From contig CACWSO010000002.1 of the NCBI GenBank assembly GCA_902763505.1, positions 46,712 to 110,711 of the forward strand: a DNA stretch of 64,000 nucleotides, read 5' to 3'. Source of the stretch: an uncultured Eubacteriales bacterium (GTDB taxonomy: Bacteria > Bacillota > Clostridia > Peptostreptococcales > Anaerovoracaceae). The position numbers and the translations under genes were made by a program. Numbering within the stretch: position 1 is the first letter of the stretch; every line of letters begins with the position of its first letter. Below are positions 29,894-39,927 of this stretch, piece by piece. The notes below the pieces were generated by a model, which saw only the letters and a list, made by a program, of their open reading frames with translations, ran no database searches and had not been told where the DNA came from.

Positions 29894-30879
29894 TGTTCAG
29901 TCTAGTTGCTTTTATTCCTAGAGCCATACTGCAGGGAATGCCTCTCCTCTTCGGATGTACTGGCGAAACAATTTCAGAGAAGGCAGGAAGCCTCAACCTG
30001 GGTATTCCGGGCGTCATGTATGTCGGCGCGATCTGCGGCGTCATCGGCTCCTTCCTTTATGAGCAGAGCTGCGGAGGTCAGGTCGTTCCGATCATAGCGA
30101 TCCTGATACCATTCCTGGCGTGCCTCGCGGGCTCACTGATCATGGGACTGCTCTTTGCATTCATGACAGTATCGCTGAGAGCAAATCAGAACGTAGTAGG
30201 TCTGGCGATGACCACCTTCGGAATCGGATTCGGAAACTTCTTCGGCGGATCACTCATGAAGCTGACCGGAGCCTCTGTTCCATCCATCGCACTTTCAGCA
30301 ACCAGCAAATGCTTCAGAAAAGCGCTGCCGTTTGCAAATGACTGCGGTGCCTTCGGAAAGATTTTCCTTTCCTATGGATTCATGACATATCTGGCAGTTG
30401 CCATCGCAATCGTCACAGCGTTCATCCTAACGAAGACCCGCATCGGACTGCAGCTTCGTGCAGTAGGTGAAAATCCTGCGACGGCGGATGCTGCCGGAAT
30501 CGATGTTACGAAATATAAGTACTTCGCAATCTGCATCGGCTGCATGATTGCAGGACTTGGCGGACTGTTCTACGTGATGGACTATGCTAACGGCGTATGG
30601 TCGAACGACGCCTTCGGTGACAGAGGATGGCTGGCAATCGCCCTCGTTATCTTTACTCTGTGGAAACCGAACGTTGCAATCTTCGGATCCATACTCTTCG
30701 GCGGACTCTACATCCTGAACCTGTTTATCCCGGGTGCAGGAATGGCCACAAAGGAACTCTACAAGATGCTGCCGTACGTTGTAACGATCATCGTACTGAT
30801 TATCACTAGTATGAGACGCAAGCGTGAGCATCAGCCGCCGGAAAGCCTCGGACTGCCGTACTTCCGAGAAGACCGATGA
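29893..30879 (+). CDS. ABC transporter permease
   Basis: 328 aa polytopic protein. Its start overlaps the upstream stop (TAATG). Confidence 0.8.
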   Translation: MFSLVAFIPRAILQGMPLLFGCTGETISEKAGSLNLGIPGVMYVGAICGVIGSFLYEQSCGGQVVPIIAILIPFLACLAGSLIMGLLFAFMTVSLRANQNVVGLAMTTFGIGFGNFFGGSLMKLTGASVPSIALSATSKCFRKALPFANDCGAFGKIFLSYGFMTYLAVAIAIVTAFILTKTRIGLQLRAVGENPATADAAGIDVTKYKYFAICIGCMIAGLGGLFYVMDYANGVWSNDAFGDRGWLAIALVIFTLWKPNVAIFGSILFGGLYILNLFIPGAGMATKELYKMLPYVVTIIVLIITSMRRKREHQPPESLGLPYFREDR

Positions 30880-30914
30880 CGGTGCAAAGACTACAAAATC
30901 AATAATCAAAAATC

Positions 30915-30952
30915 ACCCGCAGGACGTGCTTGAGAGGGCACCTTCTGCGGGT
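30915..30952 (+). terminator. compound hairpin after the ABC operon
   Basis: acccgcag...ctgcgggt encloses an inner gtgc/gcac stem and is followed by a U/A-rich tail. It overlaps the addB promoter spacer. Confidence 0.4.
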
Positions 30953-30958
30953 TATAAT
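30930..30958 (+). promoter_or_regulatory. candidate sigma-A promoter TTGAGA-17-TATAAT placed 6 nt before the addB ATG (leaderless configuration)
   Basis: ttgaga at 30930-30935 and tataat at 30953-30958, with the ATG at 30965. There is no Shine-Dalgarno sequence in between. Confidence 0.45.
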
Positions 30959-30964
30959 TTAGTT

Positions 30965-33900
30965 ATGCTGAACATATACTATGCAGGCGAAGCCTGCGAC
31001 AAAGAAAAGTTCATATTCAACCACATTGATCCGGACGAGCAGACGATTATCATTGTCCCGGACCAGGCGTCCCTTCAGATGGAACGCGACGCGCTGGATT
31101 ACTTCAAAGGCAAGGATGGGCGCAGCGCACTCCTCGATCTTATGGTGGCCGACTTTTCTTCCCTTGGACACAAGGTCATCAGTGAAGCCGGCAGCAGGGA
31201 ACCGGAGCTCATCGACAAATACGGGCGTCAGATGCTGCTGTCTGTACTGATCGACAGGCTGGCGGATGACGGGGAACTGAGCGTGTACAAAACTATGAAG
31301 GGCAAGAGCACCTTCGTCTCGAACACCAACCAGCTCATCTCCGAGATGAAACGATACGGCGTGTCCGCGTCCGATATCGAACAGGCGGCAGGAGAGACGG
31401 ACAGCTACCTGCAGCTCAAGCTGTCGGACATCAACACGATTTATAAAGCCTACGAAGATTCCATTCTAGACCGATTTACGGACTCAGAAGACTACATCAG
31501 ATTCTACGGCAAACTGATGGAGGAGTCTGAGCTAATCAAAAAATCTGTCATCTGGATTACAGGATTTGATACATTTACCCCAGTCAATATGGAAGTCATC
31601 CAGCGGCTTCTCGCAGCAGCGCGAGAGGTCAATGTTGTGATGACCTGGGAAGATGCTGCAGGCACAGCACCGCTGGACGCCAGAGTGCTGACGACAGGCG
31701 GCGGCGAAGGCCTCTTCAGTCTAACGGGTATGGTGATAGAGACTCTTCAGAATGCGGCAGATGCGGCGGGCGTGAAATGGAAGAAGCAGCCGGTGGGTGC
31801 CGAACTCAGAGAGAGTATCTGGAACGAAGACCCGGCGGCAAAGATAACACTCATCAAGACTTCGAACATCTATGCGGAGGCGGACAGAGCGGCCGCATGC
31901 ATTACGGAACTCGTTCGCGATCAAGGATATCGATACAAAGACATTGCCGTCATTTGCAACGACATGGATGTGCGCGGCGGCGTTTTGATGCGGACCTTTG
32001 AGCGGTGGGGCATTCCTGCCTTTGCAGACAGAAAGCGGAAGGTGCTGCATCAGCCGGTTGTCCGGTTTTTGCTGTCATTTCTAGATGTGATTTCCGATGG
32101 ATTCGGCGGCAGCGCAGTCATGGAAATGGTCAGCGCTGGTCTGATGGGGTTCAGCCGCAGGGATGAAGAACTGCTGAGCAACTATGTGACCGAGGCGAAA
32201 ATCCGCGGAAGCAAGTGGAAGCAGCCATTCACCTGGACCGGAAAAGGCAGCTTCGGCGGAGCCCGCTACGAAGAGGAACTGGAGCGCCTGAATGAGATGC
32301 GTAGCTACATTGTCAGCGTTGTGGAAGAGGCACGGGATGAAATCGGACGCAGAAATAATGCAGAGGAAAAAATCCGCGGCATCACGAGATTTCTGGAGGA
32401 GAAGTTCGATATTCTGGAAAGAATCGAGGAACTGATCACCAGGCAGAAGGAGCTCGGACTAGCAGAAGGCGCAGCGGAAGCAGCGCAGAGCTGGAATATG
32501 ATCTGCGGTGTTTTCGCGCAGGTGATCCGAGTCATCGGCGAAGATACGATCAGCAACAAACAGCTGAAAGATATCCTGACAGAAGGCTTAAGGGAAATGG
32601 AGATCGGTCTTGTACCGACGAGCACAGACAGCGTACTGCTCGGCACATTGCAGAGAACGAGAATCAGCAAGTGTCCTGTCCTCATCGTCACGGCGGCGAA
32701 TGAAGGCGTCCTGCCGATGAGCGGCGGTGACAGCGGACTTCTGACAGAACGGGAACTGGAAAAGCTGGAGCAGCTCAAATACAGCATTGCCAAGAAAGAC
32801 GATGTGAGGAGACAGGAGGAACAGCTTGCGATTTACAGGATGTTCTCATTACCGTCTGAACGACTGATTGTGATGTGCAGCATGTCCGATCAGGACGGCA
32901 GAAGCATCACCCCTTCAAGTGTCTTCTCAGTCCTCGAAGATCTGGAAGGCGTTCAGGTATTCGGTGATTTGGGAAAAGAAGAAATCACAGAAAAAATCGC
33001 TTCGCGCAAAGGCTCCCTCGCCTATATGGCGGACGCCATGCAAGGATTCATAGAGAACGGACGTATTGATGAGGCGTGGCTCGCCGCCATGAACTGGTAT
33101 CGCGCGAAGGACTCCGACAGCGTGCGGAAGATTCAGCAGGGACTGGATTTCGATAACAGAGCGGAACAGCTAGAGGAAGATTTTGCAGACAGCCTCTACT
33201 TCGGAGACCGTGATTCCATCAACGTCAGCGCCAGCAGGCTGGAAGTGTATAGCAGCTGCCCGTTCCGGTACTTTATCGAGAGAGGGCTCAAAGCAGATGA
33301 ACCGGATAGTTATGAGACATCCGGAAAATCCAGAGGCGATGTCTTCCACATGGCGCTGCAGAAGCTATCGGCGCAGCTTGCGGAAGAGGCTGAAGCGAAT
33401 CATTTTGCGGTGACAGATCCGCAGTCCCCTTGGATGACGATTACAGAGGAAGAGTGCCGCCGGCAGATCGACGAGATCATCCGCGAGGAGACGTCGGACT
33501 ATCGGGAAGGCGTGTACCTGAGCGATAACGAAGCCCGCCTGCAGCTGGAACAGATCATCAGCACCTGTTCCGATATCGCATGGGCCATGATTGGTCAGGT
33601 GCGCAAAAGCAACGTGACACGGATGTATTTCGAGGAGCCGTTCGGCTATGGAGCCGCCAGACTTAAGCCGATTGAAATCGAGCTCGAGAGCGGCAGGAAA
33701 GCCGTACTCTCCGGCATCATCGACAGATTGGATGTGATGGACGTGTCGCCGGCAGACACCGCAGCGGATGCCGCTACCGCCACCGATGATACAACCGAAC
33801 CGGCCGATGCCACCGCTGACGGCACCAACGACGTTGCCACCGAGGCAATCCGCGTCATCGACTACAAGACCGGAAGCGATGAGATCAATCTCGATCAGAT

Positions 33901-34450
33901 CAAAGAAGGATACAAGCTGCAGCTCATGGTCTACATGAACGCAGCAGGATCCGCAAACATCAGCGCCGGCGAAGACCTGAAACCGGCAGGTGTGTTTTAC
34001 TTCAAGATCAAGGATCTGGATGACAATGCGGATACAACGTCCGGAAGCAAAGACCTGGGCGAGAACATTGACGACAGGATCGCGAAAGCCTGCAGGCTGG
34101 AGGGCATCATGGTCGGCGATGAACAGATTCTGAAAGCCATGGATGGAACCATCGCGCCGAAGGAGACGAGCAGAGTACTGCCTTTGCAGCAACTGGCGTC
34201 CGGCGAGCTGAAGACGCCGAAGAGCGGAGCCCTCCTTGCACCGGATGAGTTTGATGAGCTTTGTAATATTACAATGGACAATGTCAGAAGCATCTGCCGG
34301 GATATCCAGTCCGGCCGCATCGATATTGCCCCGAAAAAAGAGAAGTCTTCGTCGGGCGGTTGGACGAAAACTTCATGTACGTACTGTTCCTACAAGAGCA
34401 TCTGCCTCTTTGACACCAGCTTCCGAAACTGCAGGTATAAGCTGGTATAG
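30965..34450 (+). CDS. addB: helicase-exonuclease AddAB subunit AddB (RexB-like, degenerate Walker A)
   Basis: 1161 aa. The N-terminus MLNIYYAGEACDKEKF..IIVPDQASLQME is present. The nuclease motif is GIIDRLD...IRVIDYKTG. The Fe-S cysteines are SSCPFRYF and CTYCSYKSIC. The 47-aa track extension overlaps the permease gene. Confidence 0.8.
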   Translation: MLNIYYAGEACDKEKFIFNHIDPDEQTIIIVPDQASLQMERDALDYFKGKDGRSALLDLMVADFSSLGHKVISEAGSREPELIDKYGRQMLLSVLIDRLADDGELSVYKTMKGKSTFVSNTNQLISEMKRYGVSASDIEQAAGETDSYLQLKLSDINTIYKAYEDSILDRFTDSEDYIRFYGKLMEESELIKKSVIWITGFDTFTPVNMEVIQRLLAAAREVNVVMTWEDAAGTAPLDARVLTTGGGEGLFSLTGMVIETLQNAADAAGVKWKKQPVGAELRESIWNEDPAAKITLIKTSNIYAEADRAAACITELVRDQGYRYKDIAVICNDMDVRGGVLMRTFERWGIPAFADRKRKVLHQPVVRFLLSFLDVISDGFGGSAVMEMVSAGLMGFSRRDEELLSNYVTEAKIRGSKWKQPFTWTGKGSFGGARYEEELERLNEMRSYIVSVVEEARDEIGRRNNAEEKIRGITRFLEEKFDILERIEELITRQKELGLAEGAAEAAQSWNMICGVFAQVIRVIGEDTISNKQLKDILTEGLREMEIGLVPTSTDSVLLGTLQRTRISKCPVLIVTAANEGVLPMSGGDSGLLTERELEKLEQLKYSIAKKDDVRRQEEQLAIYRMFSLPSERLIVMCSMSDQDGRSITPSSVFSVLEDLEGVQVFGDLGKEEITEKIASRKGSLAYMADAMQGFIENGRIDEAWLAAMNWYRAKDSDSVRKIQQGLDFDNRAEQLEEDFADSLYFGDRDSINVSASRLEVYSSCPFRYFIERGLKADEPDSYETSGKSRGDVFHMALQKLSAQLAEEAEANHFAVTDPQSPWMTITEEECRRQIDEIIREETSDYREGVYLSDNEARLQLEQIISTCSDIAWAMIGQVRKSNVTRMYFEEPFGYGAARLKPIEIELESGRKAVLSGIIDRLDVMDVSPADTAADAATATDDTTEPADATADGTNDVATEAIRVIDYKTGSDEINLDQIKEGYKLQLMVYMNAAGSANISAGEDLKPAGVFYFKIKDLDDNADTTSGSKDLGENIDDRIAKACRLEGIMVGDEQILKAMDGTIAPKETSRVLPLQQLASGELKTPKSGALLAPDEFDELCNITMDNVRSICRDIQSGRIDIAPKKEKSSSGGWTKTSCTYCSYKSICLFDTSFRNCRYKLV

Positions 34451-34465
34451 AAGAAGGAAGGTGGC

Positions 34466-35578
34466 TCACTGCGTGAGGAGGAACCACTGTGCGGCAGCGT
34501 AGAGACGGATCATATCCCGGCTCACACGGAGATCCAGGCCGGTCAGATCCCGGATGCGTTTGATTTTATACTGAACCGTATTTTTATGAATAAAGAGCTT
34601 TCGCGCGATTTCATTGATGGAACCGTTGCATTCGAAGTATGAGAGAATGAACGGAACAATATCTTCAATCGTATGAAGATCCACATCATCGAAGACGAAC
34701 GCAGTGAAAGCTTTTTTTGTGTCCGCAGGAATCTGGTTCATGATGATATTCAGGACATAATCCTCATAGAGCTCAATGCCCTGATACTTCTGGCCAAGGG
34801 ATTTGCTGCGGATCTTTACATACTGCAGCAGCGAGAATGCGTGGTTGTAAGATCTGTTGAGCAGGTTTTCATCTTCAACGGTGTCGCCGACGGCGAAGAA
34901 GTAGTCATCCCGGTCCGGCATATCCGCCAGCAGCTTCTCAAGAAAGTTTCTCATTTCTGCGGATGAATCGAACATTCCGATGATCGTTCCGTAGGAATTG
35001 TTCCATGTGGTGACAGTGCGGGCGTGCTTTACCTTCTCGCGCAGAAAAGAACGGGCGACATCGTGGCCGTTGATATTATCAATGACGACGACCTGAAATG
35101 TGGAAAAAGAAGCACATCCATACTGTTCCAGTTTTCTCTTTAACCGGGTGCTGTCTGAGATACCGCCGTTCATCCAGCTGTTGAGGAAGGACATACGAGC
35201 TTCGTCCAACCGCGTTTTCTCCGAAAGTGCAGCGTAGTCTTTGAGCAAAATCTCCGCCGTCTTTTTGATGATATTCGCGTACTTCGATGTCTCGTTCACA
35301 TCGCCGGTAATTCCGACAACACCAATGATCTCATCATCAACGATGAGCGGAACATTGGTGCCTTCCTTGCAGCCGCTGTATTCATTGTCATAGTGGACGA
35401 GAAGGGACGGAAGATTCTCGTTGATGATCAGGAGCGCAGCCTCATGAAACTGTCCGATTCTGCTGGGGTCTGTGCTGGAGATGATGATGCCTTCCTCATC
35501 CATGATGTTGAGATTGTATTCTATGACAGAATGCAGTTCGCTGATCAGAGCGCTGACCGTTTCGGTGCCCAGTTTCAT
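34466..35578 (-). CDS. CdaR/PucR-family transcriptional regulator (sugar diacid regulator-like)
   Basis: 370 aa. The N-terminus IMDEEGIIISSTDPSRIGQFHEAA..IIGVVGITG matches the diacid recognition domain, and the C-terminus is a PucR-type helix-turn-helix (NTVQYKIKRIRDLTG). Confidence 0.85.
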   Translation of the reverse strand: MKLGTETVSALISELHSVIEYNLNIMDEEGIIISSTDPSRIGQFHEAALLIINENLPSLLVHYDNEYSGCKEGTNVPLIVDDEIIGVVGITGDVNETSKYANIIKKTAEILLKDYAALSEKTRLDEARMSFLNSWMNGGISDSTRLKRKLEQYGCASFSTFQVVVIDNINGHDVARSFLREKVKHARTVTTWNNSYGTIIGMFDSSAEMRNFLEKLLADMPDRDDYFFAVGDTVEDENLLNRSYNHAFSLLQYVKIRSKSLGQKYQGIELYEDYVLNIIMNQIPADTKKAFTAFVFDDVDLHTIEDIVPFILSYFECNGSINEIARKLFIHKNTVQYKIKRIRDLTGLDLRVSRDMIRLYAAAQWFLLTQ

Positions 35579-35697
35579 TATTTGCCCTTCCTTTATTACA
35601 TGTACTAAAAAATACCCATAAATTCAGTTAGAAAACACATATCTTTAAGTGCTCTATAACAGTATACTATATTCAGCAAAAGCAGTGAAGTGTAATT

Positions 35698-36867
35698 ATG
35701 AAAAAATGTATCATTATTCCCGACTCCTTTAAGGGGACAATGACATCGGTTGAGGTCAGCGAAATCATGGCCGAAGCTGTCAAAAGGCACGATCCGGACT
35801 GCGAGATCGTCACGATTCCAATCGCAGACGGCGGAGAAGGCACGGTCGATTGTTTCCTCAGAGCGGAGAAGGGTGAAAAAGTAAATATAAAGGTAAGCGA
35901 TGCCTACGGCAAAACCATCGAAGGCTTTTACGGTCGCTTCGGTGATACGGCTGTCATTGAGATGGCAGCAGTGGCCGGCATGGTCAGCAACACACGCAGG
36001 GATACTCTCGAAGCATCCACTTACGGCGTCGGACAGATCATCGCCCACGCTATCAATAACGGCACTAAAACCATCCTCATCGGGCTGGGCGGGAGCTGTA
36101 CTTCGGACGCCGGCTGCGGCATGGCGGCGGCCCTGGGCATGAAATTCTACGATAAACACGGCACACAGTTCGTACCGACCGGCAGCACTTTGCACAAGGT
36201 TGCAAAAGCATCAAGAACGGAAATCGATAAACGCCTGGAGGGCATCCGCGTTTGCTGTATGTGCGACACCAACAAAGTCATGTATGGACCGGATGGCGCA
36301 GCTTACGTATACGCACCGCAGAAGGGTGCGACGAAAGAGCAGGTGAGGATTCTCGATGAGAATCTCAGAACTTTCGCCGACCTCATCAAAAGAGATCTGG
36401 GCATCGACGTTTCAACCATCCCGGGCGGCGGCGCAGCAGGCGCCATGGGCGCAGGTGCAGTCGCGTTCATGAACGCAGAACTGAAACCCGGCATCGAATA
36501 CATCATGGATATGGTCAAGTTCGACGAACAGCTCGAAGATGCTGACTGCGTCTTCACCGGGGAAGGCAGCTTCGACATGCAGAGCATGAGCGGCAAAGCT
36601 GTCTACGGCGTCGCTTCCAGAGCGAAGCGGCACAATGTACCGGTCATCGTCATCGCCGGCAGAAACAAGAACGGCACACACGACCTTTCGGAAGTCGGCA
36701 TCACAGCCGTATACGAAACTGCAAACTCCGAAAATTTCGAGGAAATCAAGCGGACCTGCAGAAACGACCTCGCTTCTACGATGGACAAAGTCCTTGAAGA
36801 AATAAATGTAACATTATCATTATTTGAACAACAGAAAGGAGGAGGGTGTTTTCACACCAATGATTAA
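35698..36867 (+). CDS. glycerate kinase (GlxK/GarK family)
   Basis: 389 aa. IIIPDSFKGTMTS...PIADGGEGTVD...GGGAAGAMGAG. Confidence 0.88.
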   Translation: MKKCIIIPDSFKGTMTSVEVSEIMAEAVKRHDPDCEIVTIPIADGGEGTVDCFLRAEKGEKVNIKVSDAYGKTIEGFYGRFGDTAVIEMAAVAGMVSNTRRDTLEASTYGVGQIIAHAINNGTKTILIGLGGSCTSDAGCGMAAALGMKFYDKHGTQFVPTGSTLHKVAKASRTEIDKRLEGIRVCCMCDTNKVMYGPDGAAYVYAPQKGATKEQVRILDENLRTFADLIKRDLGIDVSTIPGGGAAGAMGAGAVAFMNAELKPGIEYIMDMVKFDEQLEDADCVFTGEGSFDMQSMSGKAVYGVASRAKRHNVPVIVIAGRNKNGTHDLSEVGITAVYETANSENFEEIKRTCRNDLASTMDKVLEEINVTLSLFEQQKGGGCFHTND

Positions 36868-36869
36868 CA

Positions 36870-38471
36870 ATGAGTGAAAATAATGGTTTGAAGAAAAACA
36901 AAATCGGCATTTTCGGTGTCATCGGAATGATCTACGCGATGACAGCAGCCGGAGCCTATGGTATCGAAGACATGGTATCATCATCCGGTCCGGGAATGAC
37001 AATCATCATGCTGTTTGTACTCCCACTGTTCTGGGCATTCCCAATCGCACTTTCATCAAGTGAGCTGGGTTCTGCGATCCCGGAAGAATGCGGATACTAC
37101 AAATGGGTTCAGAGAGGTCTCGGTGAGTACTGGGGCTTCCAGGTGGGCTGGCTTAAGAACGTTGGTATCTTCATCAACAATGCAGTATTCGTAGTACTTG
37201 CAGGAGATTACGTTGCCTCTTATCTGCACATGTCAGCAGTCACAGGCTATATGTTCAAGGTAGTCATCATCCTGATCTTCATGATTATCAACCTGGTCGG
37301 CGTCAAAGAGGTTGCTGTTGTCAGCACGATTATTTCCGCGTTCATTGTTGTTGCTTTCGCGGGAATTGCCGTCATCGGATTCACACACATGAACTACAGC
37401 CCGTTCGAGCCGGTCGTTGCAGAAGGACAGACTGTCGTAAGCAGCATCGGTGCTTCCATCGCCATCGGCATGTGGATGTACGCTGGTTATGAGACCATGT
37501 CATCCCTGGCAGGCGAGCTCGAGAATCCGCAGATCATCCCGAAAGGAATCATCCTGGCGCTGCCGCTCATCATCGGAACATATGTTATCCCGACGATCGC
37601 CGGTGTCGGCAGTGTTGGTCAGTGGGAATCATGGGGATCCGACGGTGTATCCTACATCAACGTTGCACTGCAGTATGCGCCTGCATTTGCAGTACTGTTC
37701 GTAACCGTTGCCTTTGCGTCAAATATCTCCATGTTTAACGTATACCTGGCAACAGGCGCCAGAAACTTCTGGATCGTTGCAGAAGACAACCTCTTCCCGA
37801 AGTTCCTGAGCAAGGTTGGCAAGAGATTCGGAACTCCATACGTTACAATCATCGGTCTTTCACTGGTATCCATCGTGCTCTGCGCTCTGAAGTTCGATGC
37901 GCTCGTAACTGCAGTTGCACTTCTGAACATGGGCTTCTACTCACTGATTCTGATCTCACAGATCGTGCTGAGAAAGAAAGAGCCGGATCTTCCTAGACCT
38001 TTCAAAATCAAGCTGGGCGGAGATACCGGAAATATGATCTTCTGCGCTATCCCTATCGCAGTTGCATTTATCGCACTTTACATCAACGGAACAGACTACT
38101 TCGTAGGCGGACTTCTGGCTATGTGCTCAGGTCCGGTTGCATACATGATCTTCAAGCCTATGTTCGGCGGTCTGTTCAAGAAGGATCCGGAGAAGAATCC
38201 TATCAACCTGAAGACCAAGTTTGCAGCAGGAGACATGAGAAGAATCGCATTCTCATTCGCGCTTATCGGCGTACTGTTCCTCATCGGAAGAGTATTCCTG
38301 CCATGGTACGAAGATCCTGCATACTATATTGACATTTACTCAAGCCCGACTATCTTCGATACATTCATGAACGTAACACTCATTGGCGGTATCGTATGCC
38401 TGATCATCGGACTGGTATTCCTGCTGATCGGCAACAAGGTAGAAAAAGAAGAGAACTACTCAAGAGGTTAA
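36870..38471 (+). CDS. APC-superfamily amino acid/organocation permease
   Basis: 533 aa with about 12-14 transmembrane helices and a 2-nt gap from the kinase gene. Confidence 0.8.
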   Translation: MSENNGLKKNKIGIFGVIGMIYAMTAAGAYGIEDMVSSSGPGMTIIMLFVLPLFWAFPIALSSSELGSAIPEECGYYKWVQRGLGEYWGFQVGWLKNVGIFINNAVFVVLAGDYVASYLHMSAVTGYMFKVVIILIFMIINLVGVKEVAVVSTIISAFIVVAFAGIAVIGFTHMNYSPFEPVVAEGQTVVSSIGASIAIGMWMYAGYETMSSLAGELENPQIIPKGIILALPLIIGTYVIPTIAGVGSVGQWESWGSDGVSYINVALQYAPAFAVLFVTVAFASNISMFNVYLATGARNFWIVAEDNLFPKFLSKVGKRFGTPYVTIIGLSLVSIVLCALKFDALVTAVALLNMGFYSLILISQIVLRKKEPDLPRPFKIKLGGDTGNMIFCAIPIAVAFIALYINGTDYFVGGLLAMCSGPVAYMIFKPMFGGLFKKDPEKNPINLKTKFAAGDMRRIAFSFALIGVLFLIGRVFLPWYEDPAYYIDIYSSPTIFDTFMNVTLIGGIVCLIIGLVFLLIGNKVEKEENYSRG

Positions 38472-38477
38472 GCTAAC

Positions 38478-39866
38478 ATGAAAAGAAACAATCACGCAAG
38501 ATCCTGCGATTCCATGATCGCAGCAGCTCCTGCGTCAGCTACAGGCAACATCATCTATGCCAAGAACAGCGACAGGCCTCTGAATGAAGCCCAGCCTCTC
38601 GTATACTTCCCGCCGGCAGACCACGAGCCCGGCGAGATAGTACAGACCAGCTTCATTAAGGTTCCGCAGGTGGCACATACATATGGCGTCATCGGCTCCA
38701 AGCTGGACACGTTCTTTGGCTGCGAACACGGCATCAATGAGTGGGGTCTGGTCATCGGCAACGAGCAGGTTTCCGGCAAGGAGATCCCGGAACGCAGATG
38801 GGGTCTCATCGGCATGGACATCCTGAGACTGACTCTGGAGCGTACAAAGACAGCCCGCGAGGCAATCGACTGCATCGTCGATCTCCTCGAGACATACGGA
38901 ACAGGCGGCGACCCGACCGTCAGAATCCCATACTTCAACACGAATCTGATCATTGCTGACCCAAATGAGGCATACCAGTTTGAATCCCATCAGAGAGATT
39001 GGGTCTGCAAAAAAATCGAGAAGACCGGCGCCATCGGAAACTGCTATTCCATCCAGGAATATGACATGATCAGCAAAGACGCAGTCAAGAACGCAGTTGA
39101 AAACGGCTGGTGGGCGGAAGGCAAACCGTTCAACCCGGCACGCGCATGGTCACCTTCTGATCATATGTGGGATGAGGATGAAGGTTTCGTCAGATACGGA
39201 CGTATCGTGGAACTCATGAACAGACACGACAAGTACACGGTTCCAATGATGATGAACAACCTGAGAGACCACTACGAAGATGTGCCTGCACTGCAGACCA
39301 TCTTCAGCCCTGCGATTCCGAAGATCGGAACCGTATGCTGCCATCCGGGCGGACTGGACGGATGCATCACCTCGGCCAGCATGGTCGCTGAGCTGAGAAA
39401 GGACGCGCCGGAAGAACTGCGCTTCACCGCATGGACTTCCATGGCTCCTCCTTGCTGCTCCATCTTCAGACCGATCTTCAACACAGGCAAGCTGCCTCCT
39501 GCCATGAGCGGTGCAGGCAACATGTACGATCCGTCAGAGAACTGGTGGACCTTCATCGAGCTGGAGAGATATCTCTCCCTGTGCTTTGAGGATCAGGCTC
39601 CGCGCGTCAAGGCAGACTTCGCAGCAATGGAGAAAGCCTTCATCGAGGAAGAAGCTCATATCGTCAAGACATACAACGGCGACGTTTCTGTACTCGACGA
39701 GTTCTCCGCAAGAGCCGTCAAGGAGAGCTACGACCTGGCAAGAACCCAGATCGAAAGAATCAAAGCGGAACTCCGCACCGTCGACATCGACCGTCTGGCC
39801 CTGGACTACTTCACAGGTGTCTGCGACCAGTGCGGCATGCCGTACGATAAAAATATAATCAGATAA
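38478..39866 (+). CDS. peptidase C69 / secernin-like Ntn hydrolase
   Basis: 462 aa. RSCDSMIAAAPASATGNIIYAKNSDRP resembles the C69/secernin N-terminus, with the Cys nucleophile following a short propeptide. Confidence 0.7.
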   Translation: MKRNNHARSCDSMIAAAPASATGNIIYAKNSDRPLNEAQPLVYFPPADHEPGEIVQTSFIKVPQVAHTYGVIGSKLDTFFGCEHGINEWGLVIGNEQVSGKEIPERRWGLIGMDILRLTLERTKTAREAIDCIVDLLETYGTGGDPTVRIPYFNTNLIIADPNEAYQFESHQRDWVCKKIEKTGAIGNCYSIQEYDMISKDAVKNAVENGWWAEGKPFNPARAWSPSDHMWDEDEGFVRYGRIVELMNRHDKYTVPMMMNNLRDHYEDVPALQTIFSPAIPKIGTVCCHPGGLDGCITSASMVAELRKDAPEELRFTAWTSMAPPCCSIFRPIFNTGKLPPAMSGAGNMYDPSENWWTFIELERYLSLCFEDQAPRVKADFAAMEKAFIEEEAHIVKTYNGDVSVLDEFSARAVKESYDLARTQIERIKAELRTVDIDRLALDYFTGVCDQCGMPYDKNIIR

Positions 39867-39927
39867 TAGTAAATATGACGAAAGTAGCATGTTGTTGCAT
39901 GCTGCTTTTGTCATAGAAGGAGAAACT

